DNA of 64,000 nt, taken from positions 352,001 through 416,000 of the forward strand of contig CAXXYE010000004.1 in assembly GCA_963674865.2 (NCBI GenBank), given 5' to 3'. This document shows positions 20,011 to 30,448 of the stretch, in pieces; positions within the stretch are counted from its first letter, which is position 1, and every line of letters begins with the position of its first letter. Made by a program: the position numbers and the translations under genes. Under the pieces are notes generated by a model. The model was not told the origin of the DNA and ran no database searches. It worked only from the letters and a program-made list of their open reading frames with translations. Source of the stretch: Candidatus Hydrogenedentota bacterium. Lineage in GTDB: Bacteria > Hydrogenedentota > Hydrogenedentia > Hydrogenedentales > SLHB01.

Positions 20011-20075
20011 TCGGCTGTTCTCTCTCTTTCATTCGCGATTGAAGAGGCACGGTTCGCCTCCCATTGAGTTGGAAG

Positions 20076-20091
20076 TGCAAGGCATGTGCCA
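20076..20091 (-). promoter_or_regulatory. Sigma54 -24/-12 promoter for the DUF89-NifX-ATPase operon
   Basis: The minus strand reads TGGCAC-ATGCC-TTGCA, matching TGGCAC-N5-TTGC, next to a sigma54 activator gene. Confidence 0.85.
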
Positions 20092-20224
20092 ATTAGGGGG
20101 GGAGCGGAAGCGCAAAGGTAAGTCATTGTGCAGTACTGACTTATGCTAAAAGTTGCTTCCGAGAACGGGAGGGGTGTCGTGCAATGTGCACGCAATATGT
20201 GCCGTTGGGTCGCAATCTGCAATA

Positions 20225-21586
20225 TCAACGCTCTGCTTCATCTTCGCCTTCACTTACATCGATCCCGAGCGCCTTTATCTTGCGATAGAGGGTGCTCGGG
20301 TGAATGCCCAGCTCTCTTGCAGACGCTTTTCGGCTCCCTCGGTGGCGCCGGAGGGCGTCCACGATATGTGTGCGCTCCAAGGCGTCCAGTGTCATTCCTC
20401 GTTCGCGCTCCAAGAGCGTGGCTCGTTCCTCAACACGTAGCGGCGGCGGAAGGTGGCGCACCTCGATGAGGCCGCCTCGGCACAAGGCAAACGCATGCTC
20501 GACGATGTTTTCAAGCTGGCGGACGTTGCCGGGATAATCATGCTCCATCAGGATGGACAGCACTTCGTCGGATACGCCGACGATGTCTTTGTCTTGAAGA
20601 CGGTTGAACTTGGACACGAAATGATCGATCAGCAGAGGGATATCCTCCTGCCTATCGCGCAAAGGGGGCAATTCGAGGCGGATAACGTTAAGGCGGTAAT
20701 AAAGATCCTCGCGAAGGGCGCCGTTCCGAACCTGCTCGTCGAGCGACTTGTTGCTCGCGGCGATGACACGCACGTTGATATTCATTGGCTCGACGGCGCC
20801 CAGCGGCTCGATGACTCTCTCCTGCAAAGCTCGCAGCAGGCGCACCTGCATCGCATGCGATACTTCTCCGATCTCGTCGAGCAGAATCGTGCCTCCTTGA
20901 GCCCAGGCGAAGCGCCCCGGCTTGTCCTGGCGGGCGTCGGTGAAGGCGCCCGCCTTGTATCCGAATAGCTCCGACTCGAGCAGGTTGTCGGGGAGGGCGC
21001 CGCAGTTGATGGCGACAAAGCGGTTATCGCGTCGGAAGGACAGCTCGTGGATGGCGCGGGCGAACAGCTCTTTGCCGGTGCCGCTGGCGCCTTCGATAAC
21101 CACCGTGCTATCGCTCTCCGCAATCTGCGGCAGGATGTCGAACAGGCGGCGCATGGCCGGGCTTTTGCCGATGATGTCCACAAAGGTGTACTTGCCGCGC
21201 AGTTCCTTTCGCAGCGTTTCGACCTCGGTGAGGTCACGGAATGTTTCTACCCCCCCGATCTCCCGGCCGGTTCTGTCATTGAGAACCGCCGTCGAGATGC
21301 TGACGGGCACGCGGCGGCCGGCGGCGTCAATGATGTACACCGTTTTGTTGATGATGGGGCGTCCCGTGGAAAGCGTCTCCCGCAGCGCGCATTCGTGCTC
21401 GCAGATGCTCGTGCGAAATACATCGCAGCATCGCTGGCCAATGGCTTCGTCCGAGGATACGCCGGTGATTTCCGCCGCGGCGCGATTAAAGGTGGTGATA
21501 CGCCAGTTCGCGTCGACGGTAAATACGCCGTCCGCGATGGAGTCGGCGATGGCTTCTCGGATTTCTCTTTCGGGCAGTCGTTTCAT
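20225..21586 (-). CDS. Sigma54-dependent enhancer-binding protein (PAS-AAA+-Fis HTH)
   Basis: PAS N-terminus, GASGTGKE, GAFTDA, LLDEIGE, PGNVRQL and a C-terminal HTH. Confidence 0.95.
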   Translation of the reverse strand: MKRLPEREIREAIADSIADGVFTVDANWRITTFNRAAAEITGVSSDEAIGQRCCDVFRTSICEHECALRETLSTGRPIINKTVYIIDAAGRRVPVSISTAVLNDRTGREIGGVETFRDLTEVETLRKELRGKYTFVDIIGKSPAMRRLFDILPQIAESDSTVVIEGASGTGKELFARAIHELSFRRDNRFVAINCGALPDNLLESELFGYKAGAFTDARQDKPGRFAWAQGGTILLDEIGEVSHAMQVRLLRALQERVIEPLGAVEPMNINVRVIAASNKSLDEQVRNGALREDLYYRLNVIRLELPPLRDRQEDIPLLIDHFVSKFNRLQDKDIVGVSDEVLSILMEHDYPGNVRQLENIVEHAFALCRGGLIEVRHLPPPLRVEERATLLERERGMTLDALERTHIVDALRRHRGSRKASARELGIHPSTLYRKIKALGIDVSEGEDEAER

Positions 21587-21640
21587 TGTAGGCCATTATA
21601 GCCCCCGGTGGGCGGCTTGCCAATTGGGCGGGCCGAAGCT

Positions 21641-22444
21641 TCAGGCCGCGCCGTTAGGCTTCCGTGCCACCGCGATCAAGGAGGTGCCGAAGGGCAATCG
21701 TAGCCGGTTTCGTACTAAGTGTGCCTCCTGGGAGGCCAGCCACGTGAGAAGCCCATTCACCAAGGGAATGATTCGCAGGTCTCGTAGAAGTGTTTTGACG
21801 GATGTCTGGTGGCCGAGCTTTCCGCTCGGACGGCTGAAAAGCTTGCGTTTCGCCCAGATAGGTGGTGAGAGGAGCGACATGAAGTGCGAGGCGTACTCGA
21901 TCTGAAATCCCGCCTGTTCAAGCTTCTCTTGCAGGCCGTGCCGCGTGTATCGACGAAAATGACGGTTCGCTTCGTCGCAGTAGCTCCAAAGAGAAGGGTG
22001 GGCCGGTACCGTCAATACCACACGTCCGCCTGGCTTCAGGATGCGGGCGACCCGGCGGAGGACTTCGACGTCGTCAGCCAGGTGCTCGACTACGTCGAAC
22101 ATGCCGACAAGATCCAACGACTCCTCGAAGGGCGCGTTATGAATGTCTGCCTGAAGCAGGTGGGCGCTGGTGTGTTGCCGGGCGTAGGCCAGGGCCTCGG
22201 GGAAGAGGTCCATTCCCATGACAAAGGCATTAGGCCAACAGCGCTCGAAGCACCGTACAACATTGCCCGTGCCGCAGCCGGCCTCCAATGCGCGAAAGCC
22301 AGCGCCTCCGTCCTTGGCTAGATGCCGGCAGAGGGCGGCAATAATCCTATTGCGTGCAACGAACCAGAAATGCCGGTTTTGGGCGCGATGATTATGCTCG
22401 AATAGCGCGCGATCAAACTTGTGGCCCGATATTTCGTCCCGCAC
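21641..22444 (-). CDS. Class I SAM-dependent methyltransferase
   Basis: HFWFVARN, LEAGCGTG, FDVVEH and HFRRY motifs. Confidence 0.9.
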   Translation of the reverse strand: MRDEISGHKFDRALFEHNHRAQNRHFWFVARNRIIAALCRHLAKDGGAGFRALEAGCGTGNVVRCFERCWPNAFVMGMDLFPEALAYARQHTSAHLLQADIHNAPFEESLDLVGMFDVVEHLADDVEVLRRVARILKPGGRVVLTVPAHPSLWSYCDEANRHFRRYTRHGLQEKLEQAGFQIEYASHFMSLLSPPIWAKRKLFSRPSGKLGHQTSVKTLLRDLRIIPLVNGLLTWLASQEAHLVRNRLRLPFGTSLIAVARKPNGAA

Positions 22445-22499
22445 CCTTATCTCTCATTTCCGCTGTCGTTACGCGGTAAGGCGTCCCAGAGGCGCTCCG

Positions 22500-23462
22500 T
22501 CAGTCTTCGGGGACGAACACACCCTTGATGTACCCATCTTCTCCCGTCCGCGCCATCTCGAAGCCTTGAGCCACGTTGGCGAAGGTGAACCGATGCGTGA
22601 GGATCTTGTCCATCTGGAATATGCCCGTTGCCACGCCGTGCAGTCCTACCTGAAGGTCGTCGTCAAAGTCCGCCGAAAAGGCGGGGTGGACGCATTGCAT
22701 CGTCGCGCCCTGGAGCATCAGCGGCCACAAATTGTACGTCGCCGGTTGCATGTGACTCCCCGGCACGAGCATCCGCGCGCCGCCGTAGCGCAGTACCTGG
22801 GAGAGAAGCTCGAATCCCGCCGGTTTTCCGCTGAATTCGATGGCGATGTCGAGGCCATGGCCTTCGGTGATCTCCATGATCCGCGCTTTGGCGTCGCATT
22901 CCTTTGGATTGAGCACATGCGTAACGCCGATCTCCTTGGCCAGTTCAAGCCGGCTGGCCATGATATCCACGGCGATCAATGACCGTACGCCGGTTTTCGC
23001 CAAATACATCAGCACAAGCAGGCCCATGGCGCCGCAGCCCACCTGCGCCACATGCGAACCGAGCGGGGGCGTGGCGGCCCGCGAGACGTTTACGACGCAC
23101 GCCAGCGGCTCGCCCTGTGCATGCTCGAACGGCACACCCTCGGGCACTTCATACAAGCGGTTGATCGGCGCGACCGCATGCGTTGCGAAGGCAAATCCGA
23201 AGGCTCCCGTTACGCGCGCTCCGAGGGCAAGCGGCTTGTCATCCGGCCTTGGATTTGTCTCGACCACGACTCCCGACGCCTCATGGCCAAGCACCATCGG
23301 CAGTTCCGCATCAGGATCGCGTCCCTCGTAGACGCCGAAATCCGTCATGCAATATCCGCACGCCTTGATTTCTACAAGCGCCTCGCCGGGCTCCAGTGTC
23401 AAATCGCGCTCGCGGATCTCGATCCTTCTCGGTTCAACAAGTACCGCCTCTCGGATTCGCAT
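22500..23462 (-). CDS. Zinc-binding MDR-family alcohol/sugar dehydrogenase
   Basis: CGYCMTD, LGHEASG and GCGAMG motifs. Confidence 0.9.
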   Translation of the reverse strand: MRIREAVLVEPRRIEIRERDLTLEPGEALVEIKACGYCMTDFGVYEGRDPDAELPMVLGHEASGVVVETNPRPDDKPLALGARVTGAFGFAFATHAVAPINRLYEVPEGVPFEHAQGEPLACVVNVSRAATPPLGSHVAQVGCGAMGLLVLMYLAKTGVRSLIAVDIMASRLELAKEIGVTHVLNPKECDAKARIMEITEGHGLDIAIEFSGKPAGFELLSQVLRYGGARMLVPGSHMQPATYNLWPLMLQGATMQCVHPAFSADFDDDLQVGLHGVATGIFQMDKILTHRFTFANVAQGFEMARTGEDGYIKGVFVPED

Positions 23463-23602
23463 GATTCTGCCTCCCAAGGTTTGCGGCAAGCCGGATGTGC
23501 GCACTACGAGGCGTGCCAGCGGCTCTACGGCCTGGTTGTCATTCTATCACGCCTCGGGGCGGAGCGGGAGAGAGGTCGGGAACGCGTCCTCGCCCGTCCT
23601 CA

Positions 23603-25309
23603 CTAGTACACGCGTATTTCGAGCACGCGGGCCTCTTCCGCGCCCCAGGTTGACTGGACTTCTACGCGCAGCTTCGAGGTGGCTACGTCGAGGGCGTGGC
23701 GGCAATCGCGCTGGATGTTGCCCTGCCTCGCGTCGATCTCGCGCCAGTTCCCGTCCAGCCGGGCCAATACGCGGTAGTCCTTGACGCATTCGGGATTCGG
23801 CCCCGTCGGCTTGTGCAGGCGGCGGTCGAGGTCGCTGTCAAAGCGTACACGCAACTCCTCAATGGGCCGGGCTTCGCCAAGATCCAGCTCGATCCATTGG
23901 GGCAGCCCCGGCTGCGAGCGCCATCCGTTATAGGCCTCGCCGACGGGGCGGCCTATACCGTTGATGACGTTGAGGGCCGGTTCTATTTCACTTGAGACGC
24001 TAACCGCCGCTCGGTGCGCGAGGTCTGCCGGATCCGTGTTCGGCAAGTCGATGATATATACGTCATCCTTGAGGAGCATCTGCTGTAACTCGCCTACAGG
24101 AACTTCGCGGGGCATTAGGCCGTTGCGCAAAGCGAGCGCGGCGGCCGTTCCCACAGCCTGGCCGTCCACCGCGCCCGTCGCCATGAGACGGGTGGTGGCG
24201 TGGGCGACATGGGTGGCGCTGATGAGCCGGCCCGCGATGAAAAGGTTCGGTACGTTCTTCGAATACAGGCAGCGGTAGGGAATGCTGTAAACGCCGGGCA
24301 ACGGTGGGTTATCGGCGGGCTTCTCCTGTGAATCGATGCCCTCGACTGGGTGGAGGTCGATGCCCCACCCCGCATGAACGACGCGATCGGAGAAGCGTTC
24401 GGCGCGTTCGATCTCCGACTGCGTCAGCATGTGGTCGCCTTCAAAACGCCGGGATTCGCGCTTGCCGGGCACCGTGCCGATCCAGTCCAGAACGTAGTTC
24501 TCGGCGCCATGTTCGCCGCCGTTCTTGATGTGATCCCAGACGCCGTACACGATGCGTTGCAACTCGAAGCGGATGCGCTCCGCATCCTTGATAGTGTTCA
24601 GTACGCCGCCGTATTCCAGCCACCAGTAGGCCCTGCCGCCCGTGACGCTTGTATGCGAGCGGTGCTGAAGGTCGGCCTCCGTGAACTTCCGCGCGAACTT
24701 CGGCGGTTTGTAGGAAGAGGGATGGCCCACATCGCGCGCGGTGAAATAGAGCGTACTACCTAGGGTTTTGGCGTCTGCGGCCTCCGGCGCGCGGGATTCG
24801 TTGAACTCGGCGCGTGCCTCGCGTCCCATGCGATACGCCGCACCGGCGCTTTTCCCGAAGGCGCCATCGCCGCTTGCCTCGATGAAGTAGGCGCCGGCCA
24901 GTCGGAAGGTTTCCTCTGTAGCGTATCGATCCACGACGACTTCGGCGATTCGCTCGCCGTCCATCACGGCCTCGCGCGCCCGCGAGTTGAAATATACGTC
25001 GAGGTTGGACTCCGCCAGGATCATATCAAGCAAGACCGCGTCGCGCATGGGGAAACTCTCATCGTTGCCCAAGGCCGAGACGGCCAGCATGTACTCCTCG
25101 ATGATCCCCGTCTCACGAGCGTGACGGTTATTCCCAGACTGCGCGCCGCCCACGGGCACGCGTACCTCGCTCGAAGCATTTCCCCCGAGCACGGGGCGGT
25201 CTTGGAGCAGGGCCGTCGCACACCCGTGACGCGCGGCGGCGATAGCCGCACAGGTTCCTGCCAGACCTCCGCCCACCACCACGACGTCGTAGGCTTTCGC
25301 AGCGCCCAT
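23603..25309 (-). CDS. FAD-dependent oxidoreductase (FAD_oxidored family) with C-terminal F5/8-like domain
   Basis: VVVVGGGLAG, LGGNASSE and KRESRRFEGD; C-terminal WIELDLG; AAGGAGG before ATG 25309. Confidence 0.9.
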   Translation of the reverse strand: MGAAKAYDVVVVGGGLAGTCAAIAAARHGCATALLQDRPVLGGNASSEVRVPVGGAQSGNNRHARETGIIEEYMLAVSALGNDESFPMRDAVLLDMILAESNLDVYFNSRAREAVMDGERIAEVVVDRYATEETFRLAGAYFIEASGDGAFGKSAGAAYRMGREARAEFNESRAPEAADAKTLGSTLYFTARDVGHPSSYKPPKFARKFTEADLQHRSHTSVTGGRAYWWLEYGGVLNTIKDAERIRFELQRIVYGVWDHIKNGGEHGAENYVLDWIGTVPGKRESRRFEGDHMLTQSEIERAERFSDRVVHAGWGIDLHPVEGIDSQEKPADNPPLPGVYSIPYRCLYSKNVPNLFIAGRLISATHVAHATTRLMATGAVDGQAVGTAAALALRNGLMPREVPVGELQQMLLKDDVYIIDLPNTDPADLAHRAAVSVSSEIEPALNVINGIGRPVGEAYNGWRSQPGLPQWIELDLGEARPIEELRVRFDSDLDRRLHKPTGPNPECVKDYRVLARLDGNWREIDARQGNIQRDCRHALDVATSKLRVEVQSTWGAEEARVLEIRVY

Positions 25310-25406
25310 GAATACCTCCTTTGAAGCTGTTGAATGAACCACTTGCCGCAACGCGTGCCCCTCCGTATACTTGCCCCTCGCCGTGAAATCAACCATGAGA
25401 GGCAGC

Positions 25407-25865
25407 ATGCCGGGCACAAGCAAAGAGCGAGTCATAATCTACACCGATGGCGGCTGTGACCCCAACCCCGGGGTGGGGGGCTGGGCCGTCGTCTTGCAGT
25501 GTAAGGGTGAGACGAAGGAGTTGTCGGGCGGCGCTCCTGAGACGACGAACAACCGAATGGAACTTACCGCGGCCATCGAGGCGCTCAGGGCATTGAAGCG
25601 GCCGTGTTCGATTGCTATCCATACGGATTCCGAATACGTGAAGAAGGGCATTACGGAGTGGCTGCCTCAATGGAAGCGCCGTAACTGGCGGCGCAAAGGC
25701 GGCGCAGTGAAAAACCTCGATTTGTGGCAGCAGCTTGACGCCCTTTCCGAGGCGCATGACATCGAATGGCGCTGGGTGGCGGGCCACGCCGGGGTCCCCC
25801 TCAACGAGCGCTGCGACCAGCTCGCTTCGGAGGCCATTGCGCGAATCAAGGAACAGGGATTTTGA
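25407..25865 (+). CDS. rnhA: Ribonuclease HI
   Basis: IYTDGGC, TTNNRMEL, TDSEY, VKNLDLW and GH...NERCDQLA motifs. Confidence 0.95.
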   Translation: MPGTSKERVIIYTDGGCDPNPGVGGWAVVLQCKGETKELSGGAPETTNNRMELTAAIEALRALKRPCSIAIHTDSEYVKKGITEWLPQWKRRNWRRKGGAVKNLDLWQQLDALSEAHDIEWRWVAGHAGVPLNERCDQLASEAIARIKEQGF

Positions 25866-26134
25866 CGCTCTTTCAAGGCGTGTGTCATACTGCGCATGGA
25901 TTTCAAGATAGTGCAACCCACTGGGAGCTGCGTTTTCACGTCGGATTCCTAGCGGCCACGCGCCCGCTAAACGGATGTGGGATTACTTCCCCAACGACCT
26001 CTTGAGGCGGCTCCGTGCGGTGTTTCGCCCGCTGAGGGGCGCTTGCGCGCGGTATGGTTGGAATTGACGGCGCTGGCCCGCAGGGAATTGCACGCCGCCC
26101 ACCGGGCACACTTGATCGAGGAGTCTGCTGAGGC

Positions 26135-28552
26135 ATGGCAAGAGCACGACGCGCACGGCGGCGTCTTCCCCTCTACGTCATCCCCATCTTGCTTGGGGTA
26201 AGCGGCATCTTCTTATCCCGCCAACTGAGCAACATGCTGGCGCAGAGCGTGATGCTTCTCTTCTCGGTGGCCGTGCCATTCTTCTTCTGCGGGCATCTGT
26301 TGGCCCGGTTTCATGGATCCCGGCGCGAAAGGCTCTTTCTGGTAATCGGCGTAGTGCTTCTCGCGATTGGCGCGGCGGTAACGGTTTCGGGACTCTCCGA
26401 CCAGCTGATGGCGCAACAGGAAATCCCAGAGGCTATCGGACAACTCTCCCGCGTACTCGGATTTGTCAGTCTTCTTGCCGGCCTACTCGCCACGCTTCTC
26501 TCCGTCGCGCGCACGGGCGAGGCCATTCAGGAGATCGCCGGCCGCTTTGAACACCTCGCCCACCAGATGAGTGAGGGCTTCATTATCACGGACCTCAGAG
26601 GAACGGTGGCTTTCGCCAACCGGCGCTTTCTGGAACTCACGGGACTCCAAGACGAGGATATCCTCGGACAGAATGGCGTCGTTGTCGCGCGTGCGCTTGG
26701 CATCGATCATTCTGTCATGTGGGCGCCCGACAAGAACCAGGGAACCAACTTGGGAGGCGAGGTATCGCTGTCGGTCGGAGGAGAGGAGCGCTATCTTTCC
26801 GTCAACGTGAACCCGATTCTGGATCAGCGAGGCCAGCTTGCCGGCTCACTCACTACGCTTCGAGATGTCACGTTTCAACGCCGGCTTTCGAAGCGGCTGG
26901 AGCGATATGCCGCCGATTTGGAAGAACTGGTTGAGCATCGCACCCGCAAACTTCAGGACTCCGAAGAGCGGTTGCGCCAGCTGCTCGTTAACATGAATGA
27001 GGGATTCCTTACGCTTGATGCCGCGTATCGAGTCCGGTTCGTGAATGACCGCATGTGCGATATGCTTTTGATACCGCGGGAACAGTTGCTGAAGCGATGT
27101 GTTTTCGAGCTTATCGCCGCCGATGATCAGGCTACGCTTCGCGATCTTTTGGATAGGGCCGAACCTATCCGGAACACCCTTATGCGGCAAGAACTTGCCT
27201 TCCAGCGTCTTGACGGCGTCACGGTGGATGTCGTGGTGGCGGTTGCCCCCGTGCGCGAGGAGGAGGAGGAGAAGGCGCGCTATTCTCTCGTGATCACCGA
27301 TGTTACCGAGCTGAAACAGATGCATCACCAGTTGGAGGCGCGGGCCGCCGAACTGGAGGCGGTCAACGAGGAGCTTCGCGCGCACGGGCGGGCGAAGGAT
27401 AGCTTCCTCTCCAATGTCAGCCACGAGCTGCGCACACCCCTCAGTACGATCAACGGCTACCTCGAGATGCTTAAGTCCGGAGGCCTTGGCCAGGTCGAGG
27501 CATCGCAGCGCAACGCCCTGGATGTCATGGAGCGGAACGCGAATCGCCTGATGACACTCATCGACGAGATGATCGAAGTGAGCCGGATGGAGATCCGCGG
27601 CGTGCGGGTCCAGCCAAGGCTCTTCGAGGTGGGGCCGCTCGTCCAGGAGATCGTGAGCTCGGCGCAGCCGCAGATTCTCGCCAAGGACCTCAACATCAGC
27701 GTTCATGTACCGGGTGGACTGGCGCCGGTGTGGGGAGACCGCAAGGGAATCGGGCAGGTACTGGGCATTCTGCTGTCGAACGCGGCGAAGTTCACGGAGC
27801 ATGAAGGCACCATCCGGATCGCTGCCGCTGAGCGAGAGAACAACACCTTGGCGCTCGTCGTCAACGATAGTGGCATCGGGATCGATGCCCCCTACCATGA
27901 ACGTGTTTTCGATCGCTTCTTCCAAGTTGACAGCTCGTGGGCCCGCCATTACGACGGCGCCGGCATCGGCTTGGCGATTGCAAAAGGGATTATCGATGCC
28001 CACGGCGGGACGATTGAACTTGAAAGCGCTCTTGGAAGGGGCAGTACGTTCACGATCATCTTGCCCGGCGCTTTGTTCAACGAAGATCGAAACGCCGGCG
28101 ACGGCTTGGGCTCGTTGAACGTACTCGTGCTTGAGGATACATCGGAGTTTCGTGAGGCCCTCCGTAGCGCCCTCGCCGCAGCGGGATGTACCGTTCGCAC
28201 GGCCCGTGACTACTACGAATGTTTGCGGCTTTTCCGGCAAGGGGAACCGGATCTTATCTTGGTAGACGACTCAATGCAGGGCAGCGGCGCCGAGAGACTG
28301 CTCACGGCATTGGCCGATGAAGCGAAGACGAGCAGGATAGTGCTATTGGCTCAACGGAGAGAGGACGGCCAAGAGGCCGAGCAAGAGTTGCCGGCCAAAG
28401 TCTCCGTTTTGCGAAAGCCTTTTACCGTGCGTGAGCTCGTGGCGAACATCTCCCGGCAATGCGAGGCCGACGACGTCACTGGGAGCGCGCAGGAGACGGG
28501 GGGAGGAGCGCCTGTTATCCGCCGCGACGGCGATAAAGGCGAGGTGTCCTGA
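26135..28552 (+). CDS. Membrane-bound hybrid histidine kinase (TM-PAS-PAS-HisKA-HATPase-REC)
   Basis: SHELRTPL H-box, NAAKF, DSGIGI, GAGIGL and a C-terminal receiver domain. Confidence 0.92.
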   Translation: MARARRARRRLPLYVIPILLGVSGIFLSRQLSNMLAQSVMLLFSVAVPFFFCGHLLARFHGSRRERLFLVIGVVLLAIGAAVTVSGLSDQLMAQQEIPEAIGQLSRVLGFVSLLAGLLATLLSVARTGEAIQEIAGRFEHLAHQMSEGFIITDLRGTVAFANRRFLELTGLQDEDILGQNGVVVARALGIDHSVMWAPDKNQGTNLGGEVSLSVGGEERYLSVNVNPILDQRGQLAGSLTTLRDVTFQRRLSKRLERYAADLEELVEHRTRKLQDSEERLRQLLVNMNEGFLTLDAAYRVRFVNDRMCDMLLIPREQLLKRCVFELIAADDQATLRDLLDRAEPIRNTLMRQELAFQRLDGVTVDVVVAVAPVREEEEEKARYSLVITDVTELKQMHHQLEARAAELEAVNEELRAHGRAKDSFLSNVSHELRTPLSTINGYLEMLKSGGLGQVEASQRNALDVMERNANRLMTLIDEMIEVSRMEIRGVRVQPRLFEVGPLVQEIVSSAQPQILAKDLNISVHVPGGLAPVWGDRKGIGQVLGILLSNAAKFTEHEGTIRIAAAERENNTLALVVNDSGIGIDAPYHERVFDRFFQVDSSWARHYDGAGIGLAIAKGIIDAHGGTIELESALGRGSTFTIILPGALFNEDRNAGDGLGSLNVLVLEDTSEFREALRSALAAAGCTVRTARDYYECLRLFRQGEPDLILVDDSMQGSGAERLLTALADEAKTSRIVLLAQRREDGQEAEQELPAKVSVLRKPFTVRELVANISRQCEADDVTGSAQETGGGAPVIRRDGDKGEVS

Positions 28553-28599
28553 GACGGGCCACGCCAATCAAGGTGAAGGCAAACTGGAAAGGGAAGTAA

Positions 28600-29791
28600 G
28601 TGAGGCGGCCGTTGGGCATTTGTTTGGTTGTTGTGTTGTGTTTTACGGCCGTGGGCGCGGGCCAAGCGTACGCAGGCGAGAAGTCCCGCATGGAGCCCAG
28701 CGTCATGTGCATCGAGGCCCAGACGGGCCTGGTCCTCGCGGAAGAGAACCCTGACGCCCCTCGTCCACCCGCCAGTATGGTGAAGATGATGCTCATGCTT
28801 CTCGTGGCGGAGGGCCTGGCCGACAACCGCTGGACCCTCGATACGCCGGTCGAGGCTACACAGCACGCTCAGAGCATGGGGGGAACTCAGGTATTTCTCG
28901 CGAAGGGGGAGGTCGTTCCTTTAGGACAGCTCATGCGGGCGGTGGCAGTTGCTTCGGCAAACGACGCCGCCATGGCGGTTGCCGAGGGACTCTGGGGCGA
29001 TGAGGCATCCTACCTCACTCGCATGAATAAGCGCGCGGCCGAACTCGGTATGGTGAATTCGGAGTTTCACAGCGTTCATGGCCTGCCTCCCGACCCTTCC
29101 GAAAAACCTGATCGTACCACGGCAAGGGATATGGCTATTCTTGCTCAACAGTGCGTCAAGCACCCGATCATCCTCGAATGGACCGCGCAGAAAGAATTTG
29201 TCTTTCGCCCGGGCGAGAGTATCAAGCACAACACGAACAAGCTGCTGTGGCGTATGGAAGAATGCGACGGACTGAAGACCGGTTATATCAATGCCGCGGG
29301 ATTCTGCCTTACCGCAACGGCTCGGCGGAAGGATATCCGCGTGATAACGGTTTTGATGGGATTTGACCACTCGAACAACCGGTTCAAGCGGGCGAAAGCG
29401 CTTATCGAAGAAGGCTTTGCCGAGGTACGAAGGGTGCCTGCCGTTACCAAAGGGCAGATTCTCACGAGGGATGTCCCTGTGGGCAACTGCGAGACGACGC
29501 GTACCTCTCTAATCGCTCGGGAAGATGTATGGGTGACTGTGAAGGCGGCAGACGTCAAGCGTATCGAGGTGGTCTTGGGCAAGGCGCCCACACTTGAAGC
29601 GCCCGTCGCTGCCGGCGCGCTTCTTCACAAAGGGCAGATCCGGCTGGACGGCGAGGTGCTGGCTACCGTATCCGTTACCGTACCGAGCGATCTTGAAGCT
29701 GCTGGATGGGGGGTGGAGGCTGAAGCAGAGCGTGGGGCGGCTTTTCTCTCAGGGAAAAGCGCAAGTCACAGGCACGACCTCCGCGGCCTGA
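28600..29791 (+). CDS. D-alanyl-D-alanine carboxypeptidase (peptidase S11), with an apparent +1 G frameshift near the C-terminus
   Basis: PASMVK (SxxK), SAN and KTG motifs. The ORF as written runs to 29856 and overlaps rpe; removing one G at 29708-29713 ends it at 29791. Confidence 0.9.
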
Positions 29792-29803
29792 CTCACCAAC
29801 GTG

Positions 29804-30448
29804 TTATCCGGCGGATTTCAGTGTCTGAATCGCCTCGAAATACGACGGGCTCCTGAAGACATACGAACCCGCCACCAGCACGTTGGCTCCCGCGCGTATG
29901 ACCTCCGGCGCCGTGCGCGCGTCGATGCCGCCGTCGACCTCCAAGTCGCGGTCGCCGAGCATGGCGCGCATCAGTTCGATCTTCCGCAGCATCTCGGGGA
30001 TAAAGGCTTGGCCACCGAATCCCGGATTCACCGTCATCAGCAACACCATGTCCACGTAGTCAACGAGATACTCGATGTCGTCCTGAGAAGTACCGGGATT
30101 CAGCACAAGGCCCGCCCGGCAGCCGAGGTCCTTGATCTTCATGAGAATCCGATGCGGATGAAACGCCGCCTCCGCGTGAAACGTGATAATATCTGCTCCA
30201 GCCTCGGCGAAATCCGCTACATACTGATCCGGATCCGTAATCATGAGATGCACGTCCATCGGCACACTGCAATGCTCACGCAAGGCGGCGACCACCGGTG
30301 GGCCGATGGTGAGATTCGGCGCAAAGTGGCCGTCCATTATATCCAGATGAATCATGTCCGCCCCGGCCTCTACCACGGCGCGAATCTCTTCGCCAAGCCG
30401 GCTGAAATCACTCGCAAGCAGTGACGGGGCAACCTTGATGTCAGGCAC
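29804..30448 (-). CDS. rpe: Ribulose-phosphate 3-epimerase
   Basis: HLDIMDGHF, DVHLM, MTVNPGFGGQ and EVDGG motifs. Confidence 0.97.
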   Translation of the reverse strand: MPDIKVAPSLLASDFSRLGEEIRAVVEAGADMIHLDIMDGHFAPNLTIGPPVVAALREHCSVPMDVHLMITDPDQYVADFAEAGADIITFHAEAAFHPHRILMKIKDLGCRAGLVLNPGTSQDDIEYLVDYVDMVLLMTVNPGFGGQAFIPEMLRKIELMRAMLGDRDLEVDGGIDARTAPEVIRAGANVLVAGSYVFRSPSYFEAIQTLKSAG

